Assembly (NCBI GenBank): GCA_963805625.1
Contig: CAWDVE010000010.1
Span: 800,001 to 864,000, forward strand
Source of the DNA: an uncultured Candidatus Rokubacteria bacterium
Lineage (GTDB): Bacteria > Methylomirabilota > Methylomirabilia > Rokubacteriales > DASRDR01
Reading direction: 5' to 3'
DNA length: 64,000 bases
The notes under the pieces were generated by a model, which worked only from the letters and a program-made list of their open reading frames with translations, ran no database searches and had not been told where the DNA came from. Position 1 is the first letter of the stretch. The number at the start of each line of letters is the position of its first letter. Below, piece by piece: positions 1 to 9,432 of this stretch. Both the position numbers and the translations under genes were made by a program.

Positions 1-822
1 ATCGCGAAGCACTTCGAGACGCGCCGCCTCTCCTGGGCCCTCCCGGAAGGCGAACTCGGCGGCCACGCCAAGTCCCACCGCACCCGCGAGGTTCTCGGTA
101 CCCGAGCGCAGGCCGCCCTCCTGCCCCCCGCCCACGAGCTGCGGGGCAAGACGAAGCCCAGGCCGGACCCACAGCGCGCCGACACCCGGGGGCCCGTAGA
201 GATCGTTCGCACTGACGGTGAGGAGATCGATGCCATCGCTCTCCACCGCGATGGGGAGTCGCCCGACCACACCCACGGCGTCCACATGGAGCGGCACGCG
301 CGCCTCGCGGGTGACGGCCGCGATGGCTCGCCAGGGCTGCACCGTTCCCGCCTCGCCGTTGGCCGCTCCTAAGGCGACGAGGCACGTGTCAGGCCGCAAG
401 GCCCGACGCACGTCGTCGGGAGAGACCCGGCCTTCGGCATCGACCGCCACGGCCGTGACCTCGAGCCCCGCCTTGATGAGATCCCGGCAGGGGGCGAGGA
501 CCGAGGTGTGCTCGACGGCGCTCGTCACAATGTGGCGTCCCGGGCCCCGCAAGGCCACTCCCTTGATGGCCAGGTTGTTGGCTTCGGTCGCCCCACTCAG
601 GAAGACCACGCCGTCGGGGCGCCCACCGACCAGGCGACCCACCTTCGTACGGGCCGCGCGGAGCGACTCCCGCGCCTCCTCCCCCAGGCTGTGGCGGGCA
701 GCGGGGTTACCCACCCAGCCCTCCAGGAAGGGCCGCATCACGCCCAGCACCCGAGGGTCCACTGGGGCGAAGTCCGAGTAGTCGAGATAGGCCCGGCGGG
801 CGGGACGGACCCCCCCGCCCAG
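1..822 (-). CDS. iscS: Cysteine desulfurase (IscS/NifS)-like protein, partial (runs off left edge); PLP Schiff-base Lys replaced by Asp
   Basis: Not in the ORF track. Manual translation gives AYLDYSDFAPVDPRV...SGATEANNLAIKG...HIVTSAVEHTSV...ANGEAGTVQP...LHVDAVG...DLLTVSANDLYGPPGVGALWV...GGGQEGGLRSGTEN. Start uncertain: no ATG/GTG, in-frame CTG at 822. Confidence 0.9.
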   Translation of the reverse strand, partial: MGGGVRPARRAYLDYSDFAPVDPRVLGVMRPFLEGWVGNPAARHSLGEEARESLRAARTKVGRLVGGRPDGVVFLSGATEANNLAIKGVALRGPGRHIVTSAVEHTSVLAPCRDLIKAGLEVTAVAVDAEGRVSPDDVRRALRPDTCLVALGAANGEAGTVQPWRAIAAVTREARVPLHVDAVGVVGRLPIAVESDGIDLLTVSANDLYGPPGVGALWVRPGLRLAPQLVGGGQEGGLRSGTENLAGAVGLGVAAEFAFREGPGEAARLEVLRD

Positions 823-823
823 C

Positions 824-1081
824 CTATCGGATCTTCCGGACCAGGAAATGGTAGACGGCGCCGTTCTTGGCGACCTCAAGGAGCTCATTCCCCGTACGGC
901 GAACCCAGCTGCGCATGTCGGCATCGCTAGCCGGGTCGTCCGACAGCATCTCCAGGACCTGCCCAACTGTCATCTCGCGGAGGGCTTCCCGGGTCTTGAC
1001 GATGGGCATTGGGCAAAACAGCCCGAGGCAGTCCAGGGTCCGGTCGGCGGACAGAGGCTGGACATGGCTAGGAGTGCCCAC
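824..1081 (-). CDS. tusA: TusA/SirA-family sulfur carrier protein
   Basis: LDCLGLFCPMP (CPxP) motif, SDDPAS, 85 aa; directly upstream of the iscS-like gene. Confidence 0.92.
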   Translation of the reverse strand: MGTPSHVQPLSADRTLDCLGLFCPMPIVKTREALREMTVGQVLEMLSDDPASDADMRSWVRRTGNELLEVAKNGAVYHFLVRKIR

Positions 1082-1089
1082 GCGAGGCC

Positions 1090-1119
1090 ACGCTACTGTA
1101 GGGTTGCGCAGTGTGTCAA
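1090..1119 (-). promoter_or_regulatory. Putative sigma70 promoter for tusA-iscS (likely leaderless)
   Basis: TTGACA-N18-TAGCGT on the minus strand, ending 8 nt before the GTG at 1081. Confidence 0.5.
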
Positions 1120-1183
1120 GGCCCCCTAGGCCCCCTTCGGCCCCTACAAATACCTTGACTCCCCGATCCCACCAGTGGAACCA

Positions 1184-1209
1184 TGTGGATCAAGCGTGAA
1201 TAGTCCACA
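1184..1209. promoter_or_regulatory. Inverted repeat TGTGGA-N14-TCCACA, candidate operator
   Basis: Perfect 6-bp dyad in the AT-richer divergent intergenic region. Confidence 0.35.
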
Positions 1210-1242
1210 ATAGACGCGAGATAGGAAACGGAGCCGAGGGAC

Positions 1243-1803
1243 ATGGAACCCGTTGAGCGGAAGGGCCGTGGTGCCGGCGAGATCCTGACCATCCGCGAGG
1301 TGGCCGGGTACCTCAAGCTGCCGGTGTCCACCGTCTACCGCCTGGCTGAACGGCGGGACCTCCCTGGACACAAGGTCGGGCGCCAGTGGCGGTTCCACAA
1401 GTCGGTGCTCGACGACTGGTTCCGAGAGCACGCGGCCACCAGCCGGTCCACCGTTCTGATCGTGGACGACGAGGAGGCCATCCGGGAGCTCATGGTCACG
1501 GCCCTCGCCTCCAAAACCCGGGACGTCCTCACTGCGGGCAGCGGCGACGAGGCCCTGGAAATCGTGAAGCGGACCGATGTCGACCTCGTCCTCCTGGACC
1601 TCTCCATGCCTGGCATGAACGGCGTCGACACCTTCCGGGAGCTCCACACGCTGCGCCCGGCCTTGCCAGTGATGATCGTGACCGCCTACCCCGACTCGGA
1701 CCTCATGGCCAAGGCGCTCGAGATCGGCCCGTTCTCGATGATCTCGAAGCCGGTGGACCTCCTGCAGATCCAGAAGACGGTCGATCGCATCGTCGGCAGC
1801 TGA
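1243..1803 (+). CDS. Excisionase-like HTH (HTH_17) fused to a response-regulator receiver domain
   Basis: LTIREVAGYLKLPVSTVYRLA...GHKVGRQWRF, then VLIVDDE...LVLLDLSMPGMNG...VTAY...SKP. Confidence 0.88.
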   Translation: MEPVERKGRGAGEILTIREVAGYLKLPVSTVYRLAERRDLPGHKVGRQWRFHKSVLDDWFREHAATSRSTVLIVDDEEAIRELMVTALASKTRDVLTAGSGDEALEIVKRTDVDLVLLDLSMPGMNGVDTFRELHTLRPALPVMIVTAYPDSDLMAKALEIGPFSMISKPVDLLQIQKTVDRIVGS

Positions 1804-1813
1804 TTCCGTCGGC

Positions 1814-1842
1814 TTGACCCCGCCGACCCCCCCTGTTATCAC
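1814..1842 (+). promoter_or_regulatory. Putative sigma70 promoter for the citrate synthase operon
   Basis: TTGACC-N17-TATCAC with extended -10 TGn. Confidence 0.5.
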
Positions 1843-1920
1843 AGTAGCGCGGCGGCCCTCTCTCGACCCCGCACCCCTGTCCGGCAGAAGCCGGACGCTC
1901 ATCTCGAGAAAGGCGGTGGC

Positions 1921-3060
1921 ATGTCTGGAACCGAGAGTGGGTTGATCCGAGGCCTCGAGGGTGTCGTCGCGGCCACCACCCGGCTGTGCGACCTGGACGG
2001 CGTCAACGGGCGCCTGACCTACCAGGGATACGCCATCGAGAACCTCGCGCGGCACGCCTCCTTCGAGGAGGTCACGTGGCTCCTCTGGCACGGCGAGCTC
2101 CCCGGCGAGGCTGACCTCGCGGCCTTCCGCAAGGACCTGATCGAAGCTGCGCCGCTCCCGCCCGAGGTCGTGAAGGTGCTGAAGCTCCTGCCGAAGACGA
2201 TGCATCCGATGCGCGTGCTCCAGATGGGGGTCGCTCTCTTGGGCGGCCTCGACCCTGACGCGGAAGACAACTCCCCCGAAGCGAACCGGCGCAAGGCGAC
2301 TCGGCTCGTGGCTCGCGTGTCGTCCCTGACCACGGCCTTCCACCGGATCCGGATCGGCCGCCGGCCCATTGCGCCTCGCGCGGATCTCTCGCATGCTGCC
2401 AATTTCCTCTACATGCTGTCGGGCCGGAAGCCGCGCGTCGTTCCGGTGCGAGCCTTCGACGCCGCTCTCGTCCTCTACGCGGAGCACGAGCTGAACGCGT
2501 CGACCTTCACCGCCCGGGTGGTCGCGTCCACGCTCTCGGACGCGCATTCGGCGGTGTCGGCCGCGATCGGGGCGCTCAAGGGCTCGCTCCACGGCGGAGC
2601 GGGCGAGGCGGTGATGCGCACGCTGGAGGAGATCGGCCAGCCAGACAACGCGGATACCTTCACCCGCCGTGCCCTCGCCGAGAAGCGGCGGCTAATGGGC
2701 TTCGGCCACCGCGTCTACAAGGCCGGCGATCCGCGGGCCAAGATCCTGCGCACGCTGGCCGCGAAGGCCTGCAGGAACTCGTCCGAAGCGGTGTGGTATG
2801 AGACGGCGATCAAGCTTCACGAGGCGGTCAACCGGGAGAAGGGTCTGATACCAAATGTCGACTTCTACTCGGCCCCGCTCTTCAAGGCGCTCGGAATCCC
2901 GGTCGACCTGTTCGTCCCGGTGATCGCCGTCTCCCGGATCGCCGGCTGGACGGCGAACCTCCTGGAGCAGTACCAGGACAATCGCCTCATCCGCCCGCGT
3001 GCGGACTACGTGGGACCCGGCCCACGCGAGTTCCGACCGAGTTCCGTTCGGGGCGCCTGA
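1921..3060 (+). CDS. Citrate/2-methylcitrate synthase (short type)
   Basis: GLEGV, EHELNASTF, LHGGA, GFGHRVYK..DPR, PNVDFY, LIRPR motifs. Confidence 0.93.
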   Translation: MSGTESGLIRGLEGVVAATTRLCDLDGVNGRLTYQGYAIENLARHASFEEVTWLLWHGELPGEADLAAFRKDLIEAAPLPPEVVKVLKLLPKTMHPMRVLQMGVALLGGLDPDAEDNSPEANRRKATRLVARVSSLTTAFHRIRIGRRPIAPRADLSHAANFLYMLSGRKPRVVPVRAFDAALVLYAEHELNASTFTARVVASTLSDAHSAVSAAIGALKGSLHGGAGEAVMRTLEEIGQPDNADTFTRRALAEKRRLMGFGHRVYKAGDPRAKILRTLAAKACRNSSEAVWYETAIKLHEAVNREKGLIPNVDFYSAPLFKALGIPVDLFVPVIAVSRIAGWTANLLEQYQDNRLIRPRADYVGPGPREFRPSSVRGA

Positions 3061-4994
3061 TGCCCGAGAGCCTCGTCCAGAAGCTCGTGACCGGACACCT
3101 GGTGTCCGGCGAACCCGCACCCGGTCAGGAGATCGGCCTCCGGATGGACCAGGTCCTCCTCACGGACACGAACGGCACGATGGCCTGGCTCCAGTTCGAG
3201 GCGATGGGCTTCGATCGCGTCAAGGCGCCCACCGTGGTCACGTACGCGGACCACCAGGTCTATCAGTTCGACGCCCGCAACACGGAGGATCACCGGTACC
3301 TCCAGACCGCCTCGCGGCGCTTCGGCGGTTTCTACTCGAAGCCCGGCAATGGCATCTGCCATCAGGTCCATCTCGAGACCTTCGGGGCACCCGGGCTCAC
3401 CCTTCTTGGCACGGACAGCCACACCCCGCTCTGCGGCGCTCTCGGGATGCTGGCGATCGGCGCGGGCGGCCTCGACGTCGCCTGTGCCATGGGCGGGAGC
3501 CCCTACTACTTCCCGCTGCCCCGCGTCGTCCAGGTGGTGCTGACGGGCCGCCTCCGGCCCTGGGTCGCCGCCAAGGACGTCATCCTCGAGCTGCTCCGCC
3601 GGCTCACCGTCCGCGGGGGCTTCGGCAAGATCTTCGAGTACGCGGGTCCAGGTGTGGCGACCCTGACGGTGCCCCAGCGGGCGACGATCGCGAACATGGG
3701 CGCCGAGCTCGGCCTGACCACGTCGATCTTCCCCTCGGACGAGGTCACCCGGAGCTACCTCGCGCGCCTCGGGCGCGACGCGACCTGGCGGCCGCTCGCC
3801 GCCGACGCCGATGCCCGCTACGACGACACGCTCGAAATCGACCTCTCGACGATCGAGCCTCTCGTCGCGCTTCCCGGATCCCCGGACCACGTCGTCCCGG
3901 TCGGCGAGGTCGAGGGAACGTCGATCGAGCAGGTCCTGGTCGGCTCGTGCACGAACGGCTCGTGGGAGGACATGTCCGTCGTCGCCGAGGTGCTGCGCGG
4001 ACAGCATGTTCACGCGGACGTCTCGTTCGTCCTCTTCCCGGCCAGCCAGCAGGTCCTCGAGACGATGGCACGCCAGGGTCTCGTGGCGGACCTCATCGCG
4101 GCGGGCGCGGTCATCTCCGAGTCGACGTGCGGCGCATGCCCCGGCATCGGCCACGTCCCGGCCACCGGCTCTCGCAGCTTGCGGGCGTTCAACCGGAACT
4201 TCCCAGGGCGAAGCGGCGTCAAGGGCGACCAGGTCTATCTCTCGTCCACCCAGACGGCGTGCGCCTCCGCTCTGCGCGGCGTGATCACCGATCCGCGGCG
4301 TCTGGGCGAGGCACCCGAGGTGATCTTTCCGTCTCGCTTCACCGCTTCCACCGCTGGCCTCGTCCTGCCGGCCCCCGACGGCCAGGACGCGGCCGTCGTG
4401 AAGGGTCCCAACATCCGCGAGGTGCCGGTCGGGCGTCCGCCCGGCGAGGAGGTCTCCGGCCCGGTCCTCATCAAGCTCGGAGACAAGGTGTCCACCGACG
4501 ACATCTCCCCCTCCGGCTCCCAGGTCCTCGTGTTCCGCTCCAACATGCCGGCGATCGCAGAGTTCACGTTTCGGAACGTCGATGCCGAGTTCGTGGCCCG
4601 CGCCCGGGCCGGAGGCGGGGGGTTCATCCTGGCTGGCCAGACCTACGGGCAGGGCTCCTCGCGCGAGGCTGCGGCCGTGGGGCCCATGTTCCTCGGGATC
4701 CGCGGGGTGCTGGCGAAGAGCTTCGCGCGCATCCACCGCGCCAATCTGATCAACTGGGGCGTGCTCCCTCTCGAGCTCGCCAACCCGGCAGACTACGACG
4801 CGATCGCGGCCGGCCACCAACTCCGGATCACCGACGTCCACACTGGGCTGACCACCGGCACGCTTACCGTCGAGGACCAGACTGCGGGCCGGCGCATCGA
4901 GGCGCGCTGCGTGCTCACGGAGCGCGAGCGCGCCATCGTGCTGGCGGGAGGACGCCTGGCCCACACGCGCGCTCTCGCGGAGTCGGCGGCCTGA
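3060..4994 (+). CDS. Aconitase-family hydratase (compact ~644-aa type)
   Basis: GICHQVH, DSHT, GSCTNG, CGAC [4Fe-4S] cysteines, STDDISP, YGQGSSRE, SFARIH; TGATG overlap with upstream gene. Confidence 0.92.
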   Translation: MPESLVQKLVTGHLVSGEPAPGQEIGLRMDQVLLTDTNGTMAWLQFEAMGFDRVKAPTVVTYADHQVYQFDARNTEDHRYLQTASRRFGGFYSKPGNGICHQVHLETFGAPGLTLLGTDSHTPLCGALGMLAIGAGGLDVACAMGGSPYYFPLPRVVQVVLTGRLRPWVAAKDVILELLRRLTVRGGFGKIFEYAGPGVATLTVPQRATIANMGAELGLTTSIFPSDEVTRSYLARLGRDATWRPLAADADARYDDTLEIDLSTIEPLVALPGSPDHVVPVGEVEGTSIEQVLVGSCTNGSWEDMSVVAEVLRGQHVHADVSFVLFPASQQVLETMARQGLVADLIAAGAVISESTCGACPGIGHVPATGSRSLRAFNRNFPGRSGVKGDQVYLSSTQTACASALRGVITDPRRLGEAPEVIFPSRFTASTAGLVLPAPDGQDAAVVKGPNIREVPVGRPPGEEVSGPVLIKLGDKVSTDDISPSGSQVLVFRSNMPAIAEFTFRNVDAEFVARARAGGGGFILAGQTYGQGSSREAAAVGPMFLGIRGVLAKSFARIHRANLINWGVLPLELANPADYDAIAAGHQLRITDVHTGLTTGTLTVEDQTAGRRIEARCVLTERERAIVLAGGRLAHTRALAESAA

Positions 4995-6136
4995 TGCAGC
5001 GGCGCATCCGCGCGGTCTTTGTCCGAGGCGGCACGAGCCGGGCGCTCATCTTCCACCAGCGGGATCTCCCCGCGGACCGCGAGGCGTGGAACCCCATCTT
5101 TCTCGCCGCGCTCGGAAGCCCCGACCCCAACGGCCGGCAGCTCGACGGCCTGGGCGGAGGCATCTCGTCGCTCTCGAAGATCGCGATGGTGGGACCGGCC
5201 ACTCGCGCGGATGCCGACGTCGACTACACCTTCGGCCAGGTGGAAGTGATGCGAGCGGCCGTCGACTACCGGGGAAACTGCGGCAACATCTCGTCGGCGA
5301 TCGGTCCCTTCGCGCTCGACGAAGGGCTCGTCCCAGCCCGCGAGCCCGCCACGGTCGTGCGGATCCACAACACCAACACCCGGAAGCTGATCCATGCCCA
5401 CGTGCCCGTGGAGTCGAGTCAGGCCGCCGTGCGGGGGGACTTCGCGCTCGACGGGGTGCCGGGCACCGGGGCGAGGATCGCGCTCGACTTCCTCGACCCA
5501 GGCGGCGCCGTCACGGGATGGCTCCTCCCCACCGGCCACGCCCAGGACACCCTCGAGGTGCCCGGTCTCGGGACGATCACCGCGTCCCTCGTCGATGCCA
5601 CCAACCCCATGGTGTTCGTGCGCGGGAAGGACCTCGGCCTCGACGGGACCGAGCGACCCGAGGATCTCGACGGCCGGCCCGGGCTGCCGGCGCGGCTCGA
5701 GGCGATCCGGGCCGCCGCGGCCATCAGGATGGGGCTCGCGCGGACTCCGGAGGAGGCCGGCCGCACCAGCGCCGCCGTGCCCAAGATCGCCATCCTCGCG
5801 CCGCCGGCAGGGTACCGAACCCTGGCCGGCGAGACAGTCGAGCCGCACACCGTCGACCTCGTCGCGCGCGTCGTGTCGATGGGCAAGGTGCACCGGGCCT
5901 TCGCGCTGACCGGCGCGATGTGCCTCGCGGTGGCGGCCCGCATCCCGGGGACCGTCGCCCACGAGGCCGCAGCCCTCCCCGGCGCCGCCGGAGACGTCCG
6001 CATCGGCCATCCCTCCGGGATCCTGCCGGTCGCCGCCGCCGTGCGGCCCGGACCCGACGGCGCCCCCGTGGCGCAGACGGTCACCGTCTACCGCACCGCG
6101 CGCCGGCTGATGGAAGGCTTCGTCCTCGTCCCTTGA
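4994..6136 (+). CDS. prpF: PrpF-family (methyl)aconitate cis-trans isomerase
   Basis: RGGTSR, QLDGLGGGISSLSK, DVDYTFGQV, GNCGN, GHPSG, RTARRLMEG; ATG overlaps the aconitase stop. Confidence 0.92.
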   Translation: MQRRIRAVFVRGGTSRALIFHQRDLPADREAWNPIFLAALGSPDPNGRQLDGLGGGISSLSKIAMVGPATRADADVDYTFGQVEVMRAAVDYRGNCGNISSAIGPFALDEGLVPAREPATVVRIHNTNTRKLIHAHVPVESSQAAVRGDFALDGVPGTGARIALDFLDPGGAVTGWLLPTGHAQDTLEVPGLGTITASLVDATNPMVFVRGKDLGLDGTERPEDLDGRPGLPARLEAIRAAAAIRMGLARTPEEAGRTSAAVPKIAILAPPAGYRTLAGETVEPHTVDLVARVVSMGKVHRAFALTGAMCLAVAARIPGTVAHEAAALPGAAGDVRIGHPSGILPVAAAVRPGPDGAPVAQTVTVYRTARRLMEGFVLVP

Positions 6137-6160
6137 CCCCAGCGACCGAGGAGGCAACCC

Positions 6161-7444
6161 ATGGCAGCGACCAGACGCGAGTTCCTGAAGGGTGCAGGTG
6201 CCACGATCGCGGCGGGCGGCGTGCTCGTTCCTTCCCGGTCGACGCGGGCACAGGCGCGACCGGGGGTCCCGGCGGACCCGATCAAGATCGGCGTTCTCGC
6301 CAGCCGCGCCGGCGTGACGGCGCCGGTCGGCCAGGCGGGTCTCCGGGGCACGGAGTGGTGGGCTGACCGCGTCAACCGGGGGGGCGGCATCCTCGGTCGT
6401 CGCGTCCAGCTCGTGGTCGAGGAGGAGACGAATCCGAAGGACACGGTCGAGCGCTACCGGAAGCTGGTCCTCCAGGAGAAGGTCGACGTGGTCGTGGGCG
6501 TGATCTCGACCGGCGTCTCGCTCGCTCTCGGCTCGGTCGTCGAGGAGATGGACACACCGTGGCTCGCCTGGGACGGCACCACGCAGAAGGGCGTCGAGGA
6601 GACGATACCGAGCCCCAAGTGGGCGTTCCGGAGCACGGACAACGAGGTCGAGGCGATCGTGGGCGGCATCCTCACCGCCAAGTACTTCAAGGGCGTCAAG
6701 ACGATCGCCGGCATCAACAACGACTACTCCTACGGGCATGACTGCTGGGAGTCCTACCAGGCGGTCCTCAAGCGGCACGGCATGGAGGTCAAGCCGGTGC
6801 TCGAGCTCTTCCCCAAGCTCGGCGAGACCAACTTCACCTCCCATATCGCCGCCATCCAGCAGGCAAAGCCCGACCTCCTGATGTGCTCATTCTGGTCCGG
6901 CGATGCGACCATCTTCATGAAGCAGGCGGCGGCGGTCGGGCTCCTGAAGAACATGAAGGGCGTGTTCACGACCGCGGGGGGGGTCCACGACTCGCTCAAG
7001 AAGGACTTCACGCCCGAGGGGCTGCTCCTGGGCTACAACTCGATGTACTTCGACGACCCGAAGGCCAGCGCCCTGCTGAAGCAGTTCGTCCAGGAGTACA
7101 AGGCAAAGCACGGCGAGTACCCAGCCTACGAGTGCGACCACGCCTACTTCTGCGTCGAATCGTACAGGGCCGCGGTCGAGAAGGCCTACCCGGGTGCGGG
7201 CCAGTGGCCGTCGAAAGCCCAGGTCGTCAAGGCCCTCGAGGGCATCGAGGTGGAGTCCCTTTCCGGCAAGCGGTCCTGGCGCGAGGACCACATTCAGATG
7301 TGCAACTTCTATCAGGGGATCACCACCCACAAGAACTCCTACGACTTCGTGACGATCAACCCGGTGGAGGTGGTCTCCACCAGACAGGGGATGAAGCCTC
7401 CGGGGACCAAACTCTTCGACTGGATCAACTCCTGGAAGGTCTAA
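6161..7444 (+). CDS. Branched-chain amino acid-type ABC transporter substrate-binding protein, Tat signal
   Basis: TRREFLK Tat motif; GGILGRRVQLVVE and NDYSYG LivK-like motifs; SD GAGGAGG. Confidence 0.88.
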   Translation: MAATRREFLKGAGATIAAGGVLVPSRSTRAQARPGVPADPIKIGVLASRAGVTAPVGQAGLRGTEWWADRVNRGGGILGRRVQLVVEEETNPKDTVERYRKLVLQEKVDVVVGVISTGVSLALGSVVEEMDTPWLAWDGTTQKGVEETIPSPKWAFRSTDNEVEAIVGGILTAKYFKGVKTIAGINNDYSYGHDCWESYQAVLKRHGMEVKPVLELFPKLGETNFTSHIAAIQQAKPDLLMCSFWSGDATIFMKQAAAVGLLKNMKGVFTTAGGVHDSLKKDFTPEGLLLGYNSMYFDDPKASALLKQFVQEYKAKHGEYPAYECDHAYFCVESYRAAVEKAYPGAGQWPSKAQVVKALEGIEVESLSGKRSWREDHIQMCNFYQGITTHKNSYDFVTINPVEVVSTRQGMKPPGTKLFDWINSWKV

Positions 7445-7579
7445 CCGAGGGAACTCTCTCGACGGCGATTCGGGGCGACGGCGGGGTGAGGCCGCGCCTC
7501 TTTCGGCTCGAACGCGTCAGCCGGTGACCCGCCACAGCTACAACGGCCTGCGGGTGGGCCTCTCGATGCCGGGATCGCC

Positions 7580-8473
7580 ATGACGACCACCCACGTCGTC
7601 AACGTGGTCACGGGCGGTCTGTTCCATGCGGCGATCCTGTTCCTGGTCGCGGCCGGGCTCCAGGTGGTCTTCGGCGTCCAGAAGATCTTCAATCTCGCCT
7701 GTGGCTCCTTCTACGCCCTCGGGGCCTACGTGGGGGTGTCGGCCGTGCAGGCCTTCGTTCAGGGCGGCGGCCCCCCCGCCCTGTTCGTCCTACCCCTCGT
7801 CGCGGCCGGCCTCCTGATCGGCCTCGTCGGCATCGTGGTGGAGCGAGGCCTCCTTCGGTTCATCTACGACCGCGACGAGACGTTCCAGCTCCTGCTCACC
7901 TTCGCCGTCGTCCTCATGCTCGAGGACCTCATCCGGATGATCTGGGGGGCGGCGCCCACGTCGACCTCGGGCCTCTACCTGATCTACGGTCAGATCCACC
8001 TCCTCGGCGCCACCATCCCGACCTACAACCTGATCGTCATCGGGGCCAGCATCGCCATCGCGGCCGGCATCGGGTGGCTCCTCACCCGCACCGCGTTCGG
8101 GCGGATCATGCGGGCGGCGGCGGAGAACCGGGAGATGGCCGAAGCGCTCGGTGTCGACATGCGCTTCGTGTACGTGCGGGTGTTCACGCTCGGCTGCATG
8201 CTCGGCACCCTTGGCGGCGCGCTCGTCATCCCGTCGACGGCAGCCATGAGCGAGATGGGGGTCGAGCTCATCGTGGAGGCGTTTGCGGTCGTCGTGATCG
8301 GCGGACTCGGCAGCATGCGCGGCGCCCTGGCGGGCGCGCTCGTGGTGGGCGTGCTCCGCGCCGTCGCCATCGCGGTCTATCCCGCGCTCGAGATGCTCCT
8401 GATCTACCTGATCGTCATCGCGGTGCTCGTCCTTCGCCCGCGCGGGCTCTTCGGAAAGGCGGCCACCGCGTGA
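7580..8473 (+). CDS. livH: Liv-type ABC permease (LivH-like)
   Basis: GLQVVFG..FNLA, TAFGRIMRA, AFAVVVIGGLGS, RPRGLFG. Confidence 0.88.
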   Translation: MTTTHVVNVVTGGLFHAAILFLVAAGLQVVFGVQKIFNLACGSFYALGAYVGVSAVQAFVQGGGPPALFVLPLVAAGLLIGLVGIVVERGLLRFIYDRDETFQLLLTFAVVLMLEDLIRMIWGAAPTSTSGLYLIYGQIHLLGATIPTYNLIVIGASIAIAAGIGWLLTRTAFGRIMRAAAENREMAEALGVDMRFVYVRVFTLGCMLGTLGGALVIPSTAAMSEMGVELIVEAFAVVVIGGLGSMRGALAGALVVGVLRAVAIAVYPALEMLLIYLIVIAVLVLRPRGLFGKAATA

Positions 8474-9432
8474 GGCAACTCGGAGCCATCGCGCTCCTCC
8501 TGACGGTCGCCCTCGCGCTCGCCCTCCCCCGCGCTGCCCCCGCCTACCACATCACGCTCATGCTGCCCTTCATGGCCTACGGCATCACGCTCCTCGGCCT
8601 GAACCTCCTCTTCGGGTACACGGGGCTCGTCTCCTTCGGGCACGCGCTGTTCCTTGGCATCGGTGCCTACACCGGGGCGTTCCTCACGACGCACACGCCG
8701 GTGCGCTCGCTGGAGCTCATCCTGGTAGTGGCCGTGCTCCTCGCCGTGGCGGTGGCCGCGCCGGTCGGCGCCCTCTGCGTTCGCTACGTGAAGATCTACT
8801 TCGGAATGCTCACTCTCGCCTTCGGGATGCTCTTCTACACGTTCGTGCTGAAGTTCTACCACCTCACCGGCGGCGACGAAGGGATGCGCTTCCTGAGGCC
8901 CACACTCCTCGGCCAGCCCTTCGCCGACATGTCGAAGACGGCGTACCTGGTCGGCCCTTTCTACTACTACTCGCTCGCGCTTCTCGTGCTGGCCGCCGTC
9001 GTGATGTGGCGGATCGTCCACTCGCCGTTCGGCCTCTGCCTTCGCACCGTCCGCGACAACCCCTTGAAGGCCGAATCGCTCGGGCTCTCGGTGCCGAGGT
9101 ATCGCTGGTACGCGTTCGTCACCTCGGCCGTCTACGCGGCGGTGGGCGGCGTCCTGCTGGCCACGCCGACCGGCAACGTGGACCCGACCCTCGCGTACTG
9201 GACTCATTCCGGCAACCTCGTCTTCATGACCCTCCTCGGAGGGTTCGCGAGCTTTTTCGGCCCGATCCTGGGCGCCTTCGTCTTCATCTACCTCCAGGAC
9301 ACCGTGATGTCCGTCTTCCCGTACTGGCGGCTGGTCTTCGGGGCCATCCTGGCGGCCCTCGTCATCTTCGCGCCCACCGGCCTCGTCGGCCTGGTGGCGC
9401 TCGCACGGCCCGCGGAGCCGGTGCGCCGATGA
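8470..9432 (+). CDS. livM: Liv-type ABC permease (LivM-like)
   Basis: GTGA overlap start; LNLLFGYTGLVSFGH, TLAFG, TGGDEG, LLGGFASFFGP. Confidence 0.88.
   Translation: MRQLGAIALLLTVALALALPRAAPAYHITLMLPFMAYGITLLGLNLLFGYTGLVSFGHALFLGIGAYTGAFLTTHTPVRSLELILVVAVLLAVAVAAPVGALCVRYVKIYFGMLTLAFGMLFYTFVLKFYHLTGGDEGMRFLRPTLLGQPFADMSKTAYLVGPFYYYSLALLVLAAVVMWRIVHSPFGLCLRTVRDNPLKAESLGLSVPRYRWYAFVTSAVYAAVGGVLLATPTGNVDPTLAYWTHSGNLVFMTLLGGFASFFGPILGAFVFIYLQDTVMSVFPYWRLVFGAILAALVIFAPTGLVGLVALARPAEPVRR

Noticed and set aside
218-781. 187-aa plus-strand ORF in the track
   Set aside because: Antisense shadow of the minus-strand IscS-like gene, which has clear family motifs
1243-1450. Excisionase-like HTH as a sign of a prophage or ICE
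   Set aside because: It is fused to a receiver domain; no integrase, att-like repeats or phage genes are present
2999-4993. Apparent 1045-aa ORF fusing a long Arg/Pro-rich region to PrpF
   Set aside because: Off-frame overlap with the aconitase; PrpF starts at the coupled ATG 4994
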